In this document: one piece after another, positions 1 through 8,914 of the stretch | Layout: each line of letters starts with the position of its first letter | Position numbering within the stretch: position 1 is the first letter of the stretch | Assembly: GCA_965250285.1 (NCBI GenBank) | Contig: OZ252299.1 | Span: forward strand, 4,800,001 to 4,864,000 | Direction: 5' to 3' | Source of the DNA: Myxococcota bacterium | Lineage (GTDB): Bacteria; Myxococcota_A; UBA9160; UBA4427 | Length of the DNA stretch: 64,000 nucleotides | Program-made: the position numbers and the translations under genes | Notes under the pieces: generated by a model | What the model was told of the DNA's origin: nothing | Seen by the model: the letters and a program-made list of their open reading frames with translations, nothing else | Database searches by the model: none

Positions 1-1
1 C

Positions 2-130
2 ACCGAGCACAGCCACAAGTTTTCGCTCGAAGCATTCGGCGCGCTGGCCGCCGAGGTGGGGCTCGAACGACGCGCGGTGTGGCAGGACGACGGCGGGCTC
101 TTCGCCGTCGCCCTCTTCGAGACGGTCTGA
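2..130 (+). CDS. egtD: 3' end of L-histidine N-alpha-methyltransferase (EgtD-like), truncated by window edge
   Basis: Frame reads TEHSHKFSLEAFGALAAEVGLERRAVWQDDGGLFAVALFETV*, matching the TExSxK...W.D...F C-terminal pattern of EgtD. Confidence 0.7.
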   Translation, partial: TEHSHKFSLEAFGALAAEVGLERRAVWQDDGGLFAVALFETV

Positions 131-276
131 ACGGCGACCCTTCCGAAGCCAGACGGAATCCACGCTCTCGGTCGGTGACCGCGGGCGGGCACGCAGCCCT
201 GCCGGCGTGCGGTACAGGGCCGTAGGGGCTTTTCGGCGTCGAGTCGGGCGCCGTACAGCGGCTATGCTCGCGCGCC

Positions 277-2307
277 ATGAATCGACCGCAGACTCGCCGA
301 TCTCTCGCCTTCGCCCTTCTGTGCACGCTCGTCATCGCCTTCGCGCTCGCTTGCGAAGAGGGGCCGAAGAGCATCGACCCGAGCGCGTCGCCGGCGGGCT
401 CCGCCGGCCGCGACGAGTTCGGTCGCGCCGCGCCAACCGCGTACACGGTCGCCGCAAACCGCGCGGTCGCCGATTCGTTGCCCTTCGACGACATGACCGA
501 CTTCGAGAACGCGCGGCGCGGCTTCATCGGCGCGCGCACAGAGCCGAAGATCGTGCGCCCCGACGGCCGCGTCGTCTGGGATCTCGACCAGTACGTCTTT
601 CAGGATGGCGTCGACGTCGCACCCGACAGTGTGAACCCGTCGCTGTGGCGCCAGGCGCAGCTGAACCGCATCCACGGCCTCTTCGAGGTCGTGCCCGGTC
701 TCTATCAGGTCCGCGGGTACGACCTCGCCAACATGACGCTGATCGAGGGCGAGAAGGGTTGGATCCTGATCGACACGATGTCGACGATCGAGACGGCTGC
801 CGCCGCCCTCGATCTGGTGCGCGAGCACCTCGGCGAGCGCCCGATCTCGGCCATCATCTACACGCACAGCCACATCGATCACTTCGGTGGTGTGAAGGGC
901 GTGCTGAGCGACGACGAGCTCGCCGACGGCGTGGCGATCATCGCGCCCTCGGGTTTTCTCGAAGAGGCGGTGAGCGAGAACGTCTTGGCCGGTGTCGCGA
1001 TGGCGCGACGTGCCTCGTACATGTTTGGCTTCCTGACCGAGCGCTCGCCGCGCGGCCACGTCGACAGCGGTCTCGGCAAGTCGTCGACGCCCGGCACCTT
1101 CAGCCTGCTCGCACCCACCGAGATCATCAGCGAAACGACGACCGAGATCACGATCGACGGCGTGCGGCTGGTCTTCCAGAACACGCCCGGGGCCGAGGCA
1201 CCGGCCGAGATGATGATCTACCTGCCCGACTTCAGGGCGCTCTGCGGGGCCGAGAACGTCAGCCACGTCCTTCACAACGTGTTGACCCTGCGCGGCGCGA
1301 AGGTCCGGGACGCCCTGCTCTGGAGCAACTACATCCAGGAGACGATCGATCTCTTTGGCGGCAAGGCCGAGGTGATCTTCGGCAGCCATCACTGGCCGAC
1401 ATGGGGCGCCGAGAACGTCGTCGCCTATCTCGAGTTGCAGCGCGACATCTACAAGTTCATCCACGACCAGACGCTGCGGCTCGCCAACATGGGCTTCACT
1501 TCGGCCGAGATCGCCGAGCAGATCGAGCTGCCCGAGTCGCTGCGCACGAACTTCGCGACCCGCGGCTACTACGGCACCGTCAGCCACAACTCGAAGGCGG
1601 TGTATCAGCACTACTTCGGCTGGTTCGACGGCAACCCGGCGAACCTGCACCCGCTGCCGCCGACGCAGGAGGCCGTGCGGTACGTCGACGCGATGGGCGG
1701 CGCCGACGCGGTGATCGACAAGGGCAAGGCCGCCTACGACGCGGGCGAGTACCGCTGGGCGGCGACGCTGCTCAACCACCTCGTCTTCGCCGAACCCGAC
1801 AATGCCTCGGCCGCGGCGCTGCTCGCCGACACATACGACCAGCTCGGCTATCAGGCCGAGAGTGGACCCTGGCGCGACTTCTATCTGAGCGGGGCGCAAG
1901 AGCTGCGCCAGGGCATCGCGCCGCTGCCGGTCTCGAGGACGGGCGCGATCGACGTCATCGCGGCGATGCCGACCGACATGTTCTTCGACGCACTCGCCGT
2001 GCGGATCATCCCCGAGAAGGCGAAGGACATGACGCTCAACTTCGTCTTCACCGACATCGACGAGACCCACGTCGTCGAGATCGAGAACGCCGTGCTGCAC
2101 CATCGCCAGGGCGAGGCCGATCCCGACGCCGACGCGACGATCCGACTGACGCGCAACGTGTGGGACGACATCGTCGCGCAGACCGCGACCATCCAGGGCG
2201 TGCTGCTCGGCGGCGAGATCTCGGTCGAGGGCAGCCCGCTGGCGCTGGTCAATCTGTTCGGAATGATGGGCACCGAAGAGGTCGCGTTCGAGCTCGTACG
2301 GCCCTGA
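277..2307 (+). CDS. Alkyl/aryl sulfatase, SdsA1/BDS1-type metallo-beta-lactamase fold, probable lipoprotein
   Basis: HSHIDHFGG metal motif, LYQVRGYDLAN, RGYYG, GWFDGNPANL, SCP2-like C-terminus; hydrophobic leader ending ALAC. Confidence 0.92.
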   Translation: MNRPQTRRSLAFALLCTLVIAFALACEEGPKSIDPSASPAGSAGRDEFGRAAPTAYTVAANRAVADSLPFDDMTDFENARRGFIGARTEPKIVRPDGRVVWDLDQYVFQDGVDVAPDSVNPSLWRQAQLNRIHGLFEVVPGLYQVRGYDLANMTLIEGEKGWILIDTMSTIETAAAALDLVREHLGERPISAIIYTHSHIDHFGGVKGVLSDDELADGVAIIAPSGFLEEAVSENVLAGVAMARRASYMFGFLTERSPRGHVDSGLGKSSTPGTFSLLAPTEIISETTTEITIDGVRLVFQNTPGAEAPAEMMIYLPDFRALCGAENVSHVLHNVLTLRGAKVRDALLWSNYIQETIDLFGGKAEVIFGSHHWPTWGAENVVAYLELQRDIYKFIHDQTLRLANMGFTSAEIAEQIELPESLRTNFATRGYYGTVSHNSKAVYQHYFGWFDGNPANLHPLPPTQEAVRYVDAMGGADAVIDKGKAAYDAGEYRWAATLLNHLVFAEPDNASAAALLADTYDQLGYQAESGPWRDFYLSGAQELRQGIAPLPVSRTGAIDVIAAMPTDMFFDALAVRIIPEKAKDMTLNFVFTDIDETHVVEIENAVLHHRQGEADPDADATIRLTRNVWDDIVAQTATIQGVLLGGEISVEGSPLALVNLFGMMGTEEVAFELVRP

Positions 2308-2456
2308 AGGACTCCCCTTCGGGGAAATGCCCGGGTGGATTGCGACGCGGTGGCCGCTTCCCTAATCTGGTCCGACCAGAATGGTCGGGCCAGATGGCCC
2401 GGTGCGAGTTCGCCCCTCGCTTTCGTGCACCCAGCGCCCGCACAGAGCCGAACCCC

Positions 2457-3260
2457 GTGTCGCAACCCGAGCAACCCTGCCCGCCGACCTCGTTGGCGGA
2501 GCGCATCAGCGCGCAGCTGCGCGCCGACATCCTCACCGGCCGCTACCGCGCCGGCGATCGGCTGCCGAGCGAGCGCGAGCTCGCCGAGCGCTTCGAGACG
2601 CATCGCGGCACCGCGCGCGAGGCGCTGAAGAAGCTCGAGCAGCTGGGGCTCGCCGAGATTCGCAAGGGCGGCGTGCGCGCCGCCCCGATCGAAGAGGCGA
2701 GCCTCGACGTGGTCCGTCACCTGATGGACGTCGGGCCGACGCCCGACCCCGACGTGTTCGACCAGGTCTTCGAGGTGTTCGGCGCACTCTTCGCGCTCTC
2801 GGCCCAGCTCATGGCCGAGCGCGGCAGCGACGCCGAGCACGCCCAGGCCCTCGTGATTCTCGACCAGCTGATGACCGAGCGCGGTTCCTTGATCGAAGAG
2901 TGGGATCGCATGCAGGCGCTCTCCGAGCTGTTCGTCGACGCCAGTGGCAATCTCGTCTTGAAGCTCGTGCGGCGTGGGCTCCACACCGAGGTCGTCGAAC
3001 GCATCGAGCATCCCGAGGCGATCTTCCGCCCGCCCGAGCCGCGTCGCGACGACCTGCTTCGAGCCTTGCGCGACGCACTGGTCGCGCGCGACGGGCTGGC
3101 CGCATCGAACGCGATCTTCGCGATGACCCGAGCCGTTCGCGCCAACGGCGTCGCGCTGCTGCGCGAAGAGCGTGCCCGCGCCGAGGGGCGCGAAGCCCCC
3201 GAGCCGGGCGCCACCCCCCCGTCCCCGATCGCCGTCGTCCAGGGAGCGAAGAGCCGATGA
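2457..3260 (+). CDS. GntR/FadR-family transcriptional regulator
   Basis: GDRLPSERELAERFETHRGTAREALKKL wHTH. GTG start at 2457 (ATG at 2394 is an alternative). Stop overlaps the next ATG (ATGA). Only this C-terminal part of track ORF 207..3260 is real. Confidence 0.88.
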   Translation: MSQPEQPCPPTSLAERISAQLRADILTGRYRAGDRLPSERELAERFETHRGTAREALKKLEQLGLAEIRKGGVRAAPIEEASLDVVRHLMDVGPTPDPDVFDQVFEVFGALFALSAQLMAERGSDAEHAQALVILDQLMTERGSLIEEWDRMQALSELFVDASGNLVLKLVRRGLHTEVVERIEHPEAIFRPPEPRRDDLLRALRDALVARDGLAASNAIFAMTRAVRANGVALLREERARAEGREAPEPGATPPSPIAVVQGAKSR

Positions 3261-4555
3261 ACTCGAAGAAGATCCTGATTCCGCTCGGCGTCCTGGCCCT
3301 GGCCGGGTTCGGCGCGTTCGTGCTGCTCGCCACCGCGCCCGAGGTCGAGAGCGTCGCCAACGAACGGCTCTTGCCGATCGTCCGTACGGTGTCTGTTCAG
3401 CCCGGCGATGTCGTGATGACCGTGCGCAGCCAGGGCACCGTCGCGCCGCGCACCGAGAGCGATCTCGTCCCCGAAGTCTCGGGCCGGGTCGAGTGGGTCT
3501 CGCCCGCGCTCGTTTCGGGCGGCTTCTTCGCCGAGGACGAGCCGCTGCTGCGCGTCGATCGACGCGACTACGACGCCGCCCTCGCCAGTGCGCGCGCCGA
3601 CGTGGCGCGCGCCGAGGGCGAGTCTCGACATGCAGCGGCCGAGCTGAAGCGCCAGGAAGGTCTGGCGCGGCAACAGGCCACCAGCTCGTCGCAGCTGTCG
3701 AACGCCCGCCGGGCCGCGCGGGTGGCGCGTGCATCGCTCGAAGCCGCAGAGGTCGGGCTCGAGGTCGCCGAACGCGATCTCGAGCGCACCGAGATCCTCG
3801 CGCCCTACGCCGGCCGCGTGCGCAGCGAGCAGGTCGACGTCGGGCAGTTCGTGACCCGCGGTGCGCCGATCGCGAAGCTCTACGCGATCGACCACGCCGA
3901 GATCCGTCTGCCGCTCGCCGACAAGCAGCTCGCGTACCTCGACCTGCCCGGGATCCGAACCGGCGCCCGACCCGACGACGCCGAAGGGCCGGTGGTCGTT
4001 CTGCGCGCGCAGTTCGCCGGCGAAGAGCGCACCTGGCGCGGGCGGGTCGTCCGCACCGAAGGCGAGATCGATGCGCAGAGCCGCATGGTGCACGTCGTCG
4101 CGCGCGTCGCCGACCCCTACGGCGTAGGCACGTCGAGCCCGCAGCCGGTGCCGGACGAGGTCGAAGCGGGCGGACCGGGGGCCCTCGACGAAGCCGGTCG
4201 AACGACCGCGGTCGACGCACTCCCCGACGCGGTCGAGCCGGCTCCGCAAGACGCGGCGCCCGCCTTCCCGCTCGCCGTCGGACTGTTCGTGAAGGCCGAG
4301 ATCGAGGGGCGCGTCGCCCACGACGTGCTCGTCGTGCCTCGCGCCGCGGTGCGCGACGGCGAGCGTCTGCTCGTGGTCGACGGCGAGAGCCGGCTGCGTG
4401 AACGCGACGGTGAGATCCTGCGCATCGACCGCGACCAGGTGCTCGTGAGAGCGAAGCTCGAACCCGGGGATCGCGTGGTCGTCTCGCCGCTTCAGATCGT
4501 CGTCGACGGCATGCAGGTGCGTCCCCAGGATGCCGAGCTGGCGGGCCGTTCATGA
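3257..4555 (+). CDS. RND efflux periplasmic adaptor (membrane fusion protein)
   Basis: N-terminal TM (MNSKKILIPLGVLAL), PEVSGRV, coiled coil, APYAGRV...VDVGQFV; ATGA overlaps at both ends. Confidence 0.92.
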   Translation: MNSKKILIPLGVLALAGFGAFVLLATAPEVESVANERLLPIVRTVSVQPGDVVMTVRSQGTVAPRTESDLVPEVSGRVEWVSPALVSGGFFAEDEPLLRVDRRDYDAALASARADVARAEGESRHAAAELKRQEGLARQQATSSSQLSNARRAARVARASLEAAEVGLEVAERDLERTEILAPYAGRVRSEQVDVGQFVTRGAPIAKLYAIDHAEIRLPLADKQLAYLDLPGIRTGARPDDAEGPVVVLRAQFAGEERTWRGRVVRTEGEIDAQSRMVHVVARVADPYGVGTSSPQPVPDEVEAGGPGALDEAGRTTAVDALPDAVEPAPQDAAPAFPLAVGLFVKAEIEGRVAHDVLVVPRAAVRDGERLLVVDGESRLRERDGEILRIDRDQVLVRAKLEPGDRVVVSPLQIVVDGMQVRPQDAELAGRS

Positions 4556-7500
4556 GTGGCGTCATCGCGTGGTTCGTCCACAACCCGGTCGCCGCCAACC
4601 TGTTGATGATGGTGCTCGTCGTGGGCGGCCTCGTCGCCCTGCCCGGGATTCGCCAGGAGGAGTTTCCGGCGATCGATCTCGACATGATCCGGGTGACCGT
4701 CGAGTATCCGGGCGCGACCCCCGAAGAGAGCGAGTCGAGCGTCTGCCTTCGCATCGAAGAGGCGATCGAGGGCACACCCGACGTCGATCGAATGACGACC
4801 GTGGCGGCCGAAGGCGTGTGCGTCGTCAGCGCCGAGCTGATCATCGGCGGCGACGCAGACCAGGCGCTCAGCGAGATCGACAACCGGGTGCAGGGCATCG
4901 ATACGTTCCCCGACGAGGCGGAGCGACCGCTCGTCTCGAAGCTGCTCGCTCGCGGCATGGCCTTGCAGATTGCGCTCGCAGGCGACGCCGACGAACGCAC
5001 GCTCAAGGTGCTCGGGCAGCGCGCCCGCGACGAGATCGCCGCGTTGCCGGGCGTTTCGCAGGTGACCCTCGACTTCGCCCGGCCCTACGAGATCTCGATC
5101 GAGGTGCCCGAAGAGACGCTTCGCCGGCACGGGCTGACGCTCGATGACGTCGCCCGCGCGGTGCGCAGCTCGTCGCTCGATCTGCCCGGTGGCTCCGTGA
5201 AGACGTCGGGCGGCGAGATCCTGCTTCGCTCGGTCGGCCAGGCGTATCGCGGCGAGGATTTTGCCGACATCGCGGTCCTGACGCGACAGGACGGCACCAG
5301 TGTGGCGCTCGCCGAGATCGCGACCATCATCGACGGCTTCGAAGACATCGATCTGCGCGCGCGCTTCAACGGCAAGCCCGCCGTGATCATTCTCGTCGAG
5401 CGGCTCGGCGAGGAGGACATCCTCGAGCTCGTCGGGGCCGTCAAGCCCTGGCTCGCCGAGTTTCGCACGACGCTGCCCGAAGGCATCGAGGCGACGATCT
5501 TCGCCGATGCGTCCGAAGATCTGAACGCGCGGCTCGGCGCCATGACCCGCAATGCGCGCAGCGGTTTGATCCTCGTGGTCGCGATCCTCGCCCTCTTCCT
5601 GCGCTTCCGTCTCGCGATGTGGGTCGCCGCCGGCGTGCCCATTTCGCTGCTCGGTGCGATTGCCCTGTTCCCCGCCTTCGGCATCACGATCAGCACGCTG
5701 ACGGCGATGGCCTTCATCCTCGTGATCGGCATCCTCGTCGACGACGCCATCGTGATCGGCGAAGCGGTGCACAGTCACGAGGAAAGCAGTGAGAGTCAGG
5801 CCGATGCGGCGATCAACGGCACGCTCGAGGTCTACATCCCCGTCTTCTTCGGCGTGATGACGACGATCGCGGCCTTCATTCCCCTGGTGATCGTCCCAGG
5901 GAGGATGGGCGAGTTCTTCGGCTGGCTCGGGCTGACCGCGATCCTGTGCCTCGTCTTCTCGCTGGTCGAGTCGCAGCTGATCCTGCCGGCGCACCTCGCG
6001 CACCGGCGCACGTCATCGAAGAAGGGCGAGCCCAATGGGTTCGTCGCGACCTGGCAGCGTTTCCAGGGACGCATGGCGACCGGGCTCGAGCGCATCGGCC
6101 AGGTGCACTACGCGCGCGCCCTCGACTTCGCGATTGAGTGGCGATACGTCACGGTCGCCATCGCGATCGGCGTCGTCGTCATGACCATCGCGCTCTTCTC
6201 GAGCGGTCGTATGCGGTACCAGTTCTTCCCGGCCGTCGAGGGTGACATCGTCACGGCGTTCCTCACGATGCCCCAGGGCATCCCGCTCACGCAGACCGAG
6301 GCCGCCATCGCACAGATTCAGGCGGCGAGCGAAGAGCTCGAGCGCGAGCTCGTCACCGAGTACCCCGGCATCCCGATCGTTCGACAGACGGTCGGCACGG
6401 TGGGCTCGCAGCTCAACATGAACGGCGGTCCGCCCGACATGGGCGTGAACATCGGCGGCGCGCATCTCGCGAGCTTCGTCTTGCAGCTGCATCCGGCGGC
6501 CGAGCGACCGATCGGCGCGGTCGAGATCACGCGGCGGCTGAGGGAGAAGGTCGGAACGATCCCCGACGCCGTCGAGCTCGCGTTCTCGAGTGACACGTTC
6601 TCGGCGGGCGACCCGCTCAACTTTCAGCTCTCCGGCTCGAGCGTCGAACAGCTCACGCTGGCCGCCGCCGAGCTGCGCGCGAAGCTGGCGACCTACCGCG
6701 GCGTGACCGACATCGCCGACTCGTTCCGCGCGGGCAAGCAAGAGGTGCAGCTCAGCCTGCGCGACGAGGCGCGCCCCCTCGGTCTCTCGCAGATCGACCT
6801 CGCGCGCCAGGTGCGACAGGCGTTCTACGGCGACGAGGTCCAGCGCATCCAGCGCGGCCGAGACGACGTCAAAGTCATGGTGCGCTACCCGGTCGAAGAG
6901 CGTCGCACGCTGGGGTCGCTCGAGGAGATGCGCATTCGCACGCCCGAACGCGTCGAAGTGCCCTTCGACGCCGTCGCACACGCGAGCCTCGACCGCGGCT
7001 TCGCGACGATCCGCCGAACCGATCGCGAGCGCGTCGTGCAGGTCACCGCCGACGTCGACCGGGCGATCGTCACGCCCGAGAAGGTCATCGGCGAGATCCG
7101 CGTCTGGCTGCCGCAGATGCTCGCGCGCTACCCGGGCGTGACCTATGAGCTCGATGGCGAGCAGCGCGAGCAGTCTCGGGCGTTGGGCGGTTTGATTCGC
7201 GGCGTCGTGATCGCGCTGCTGCTGATCTATGCGCTGCTCGCGATCCCGCTCAAATCGTACGTGCAGCCCTTCGTCATCATGAGCGTGATCCCGTTCGGGG
7301 CGGTCGGCGCGATCCTCGGTCATCTCGTGATGGGTTGGGACGTCGTGTTCTTCTCGGTGCTGGGGATCGTCGCGCTGTCGGGCGTCGTCGTGAACGCGTC
7401 GCTCGTGCTCGTGCACTACATCAACGGTCAGCGCGAGCTGGGCCGGCCCCTGCTCGACTGTGTACGGGCGGCGGGGATCGTGCGGTTCCGGCCCATCGCG

Positions 7501-7737
7501 TTGACGTCGATGACGACCTTCATCGGGCTGGTACCGCTGATGTTCGAGGGCGCGGTGGCGGCGCGACCGCTCGTGCCGATGGCGATCGCGCTGGGCTACG
7601 GCGTGCTCTGTGCCGCGGTCGTGACGCTCTTCCTCGTCCCGACCGGCTACGTGATCCTGGCCGACCTCAACCCCGCGATGCGGGCCGAGTTTCGTCGCGA
7701 TGCGCCTCCCGATGCGACGGCCGAGCCCGCCCGCTAG
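4552..7737 (+). CDS. RND efflux permease (AcrB/AcrD/AcrF family)
   Basis: 1061 aa; NPVAANLLM, GILVDDAIVIGE, RFRPIALTSMTT; 12-TM pattern. Confidence 0.95.
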   Translation: MSGVIAWFVHNPVAANLLMMVLVVGGLVALPGIRQEEFPAIDLDMIRVTVEYPGATPEESESSVCLRIEEAIEGTPDVDRMTTVAAEGVCVVSAELIIGGDADQALSEIDNRVQGIDTFPDEAERPLVSKLLARGMALQIALAGDADERTLKVLGQRARDEIAALPGVSQVTLDFARPYEISIEVPEETLRRHGLTLDDVARAVRSSSLDLPGGSVKTSGGEILLRSVGQAYRGEDFADIAVLTRQDGTSVALAEIATIIDGFEDIDLRARFNGKPAVIILVERLGEEDILELVGAVKPWLAEFRTTLPEGIEATIFADASEDLNARLGAMTRNARSGLILVVAILALFLRFRLAMWVAAGVPISLLGAIALFPAFGITISTLTAMAFILVIGILVDDAIVIGEAVHSHEESSESQADAAINGTLEVYIPVFFGVMTTIAAFIPLVIVPGRMGEFFGWLGLTAILCLVFSLVESQLILPAHLAHRRTSSKKGEPNGFVATWQRFQGRMATGLERIGQVHYARALDFAIEWRYVTVAIAIGVVVMTIALFSSGRMRYQFFPAVEGDIVTAFLTMPQGIPLTQTEAAIAQIQAASEELERELVTEYPGIPIVRQTVGTVGSQLNMNGGPPDMGVNIGGAHLASFVLQLHPAAERPIGAVEITRRLREKVGTIPDAVELAFSSDTFSAGDPLNFQLSGSSVEQLTLAAAELRAKLATYRGVTDIADSFRAGKQEVQLSLRDEARPLGLSQIDLARQVRQAFYGDEVQRIQRGRDDVKVMVRYPVEERRTLGSLEEMRIRTPERVEVPFDAVAHASLDRGFATIRRTDRERVVQVTADVDRAIVTPEKVIGEIRVWLPQMLARYPGVTYELDGEQREQSRALGGLIRGVVIALLLIYALLAIPLKSYVQPFVIMSVIPFGAVGAILGHLVMGWDVVFFSVLGIVALSGVVVNASLVLVHYINGQRELGRPLLDCVRAAGIVRFRPIALTSMTTFIGLVPLMFEGAVAARPLVPMAIALGYGVLCAAVVTLFLVPTGYVILADLNPAMRAEFRRDAPPDATAEPAR

Positions 7738-8037
7738 CCACCGGCGCGAGGTCGGGTGCGTCCCACCCCAGCTCACCGCCGTCTGGTCGTCGAAGCTGTC
7801 GACACATCAACCAACGGCTGCCCCAACGTCAGCAGGGGGCTGAACGCCCAAATTGCCCCTAGATTCCCCCGGGCGGCCCGATAGAATTCGGCTGAGTCCG
7901 GTCCTGCCCGCACACCCGGTGCGCGCCTGCGGGCTTGATGAAACGCGCGCATCGCGTTCTGCGTTGCGGCCGGAGCAGGCGCCCGCGCGCCCTGCTCCAA
8001 CAGATAGAGCCAGAAGAACAGAAGGGGGAAGCACCTC

Positions 8038-8775
8038 ATGGACATCATCACGACCGGTACCGGAATCGAGGTTCTGCTTCGCTGGATGCACGTGTTCGCC
8101 GGCGTCACCTGGATCGGCGTCCTCTACTACTTCAACTTCATCCAGACGCCGTTCTTCGGCACCGAGCTCGGCGGTCAGGCCAAGGGGCCGATGACGCGCG
8201 GACTCGTGCCGAACGCGCTTTGGTGGTTCCGATGGGGTGCGATGTTCACCTTCCTCTCGGGCTGGACGATCGTGCTCTACCGCTGGCAGCACCTCGGGAT
8301 TCCGCTGACCGACGGCTACATGACGAAGATCCTCACCGGCGGCCTGATGGGCACGCTCATGTGGTTCAACGTCTGGTTCGTGATCTGGCCGGCCCAGCAG
8401 GTCGTGATCAAGAACGCCGAGCAGGTCGCGGCGGGGGGCGACCCGATCCCCGAAGCGGCCGCGCGGGGTGGCAAGGCCGGCATGGCCTCGCGCACCAACA
8501 CCCTGTTCTCGCTCCCGATGCTCTTCTTCATGGTCGCCGCCGCGAACCTGCCGAGCCTCGCCGCCGGCAACAACGATCTGGTCTACTGGATCTGCGCGAT
8601 CGTCGTGATCGGCGCCGTCGAGATCAACGGACTGATCGGGCCGGGTGCAGCGACCCAGAAGCCGCTGACCACGGTGTCGGGCACGATCCACTTCGGCCTC
8701 GTTCTGTGGCTGGTGCTCTACCTGATCGGCGCGTTCGTCAACCCGGCGACGGGCCTCGCCGCCATGATGAACTAG
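8038..8775 (+). CDS. PuuD/urate-oxidase N-terminal-domain membrane protein without a cytochrome c domain
   Basis: RWMHVFAGVTWIGVLYYFNF, ALWWFRWGA, MWFNVWFVIWPAQ, SRTNTLFSLPMLFFM; no CxxCH; purine-rich RBS. Confidence 0.7.
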   Translation: MDIITTGTGIEVLLRWMHVFAGVTWIGVLYYFNFIQTPFFGTELGGQAKGPMTRGLVPNALWWFRWGAMFTFLSGWTIVLYRWQHLGIPLTDGYMTKILTGGLMGTLMWFNVWFVIWPAQQVVIKNAEQVAAGGDPIPEAAARGGKAGMASRTNTLFSLPMLFFMVAAANLPSLAAGNNDLVYWICAIVVIGAVEINGLIGPGAATQKPLTTVSGTIHFGLVLWLVLYLIGAFVNPATGLAAMMN

Positions 8776-8820
8776 CGCCGCGGGCCAGCCACGCGCTGGC
8801 GCAACGTGGCCCCGAATCAC

Positions 8821-8856
8821 GACGCCCCCCGAGCCCACGACGGGTCGGGGGGCGTC
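8821..8856. terminator. GC-rich hairpin between convergent genes (probable terminator)
   Basis: GACGCCCCCCGA (8821-8832) pairs with TCGGGGGGCGTC (8845-8856); no clear U tract. Confidence 0.5.
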
Positions 8857-8914
8857 GGCGTTTCGGCTTGCGCAGCGTCGGGGGTCTTGGCGTTTCGGCC
8901 TGGTTGGCTGCGGC

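Noticed and set aside
207..2456. 1017-aa track ORF 207..3260 as a single protein
   Set aside because: The N-terminal 750 aa are an Arg-rich shadow frame over the sulfatase; only the GntR part is real
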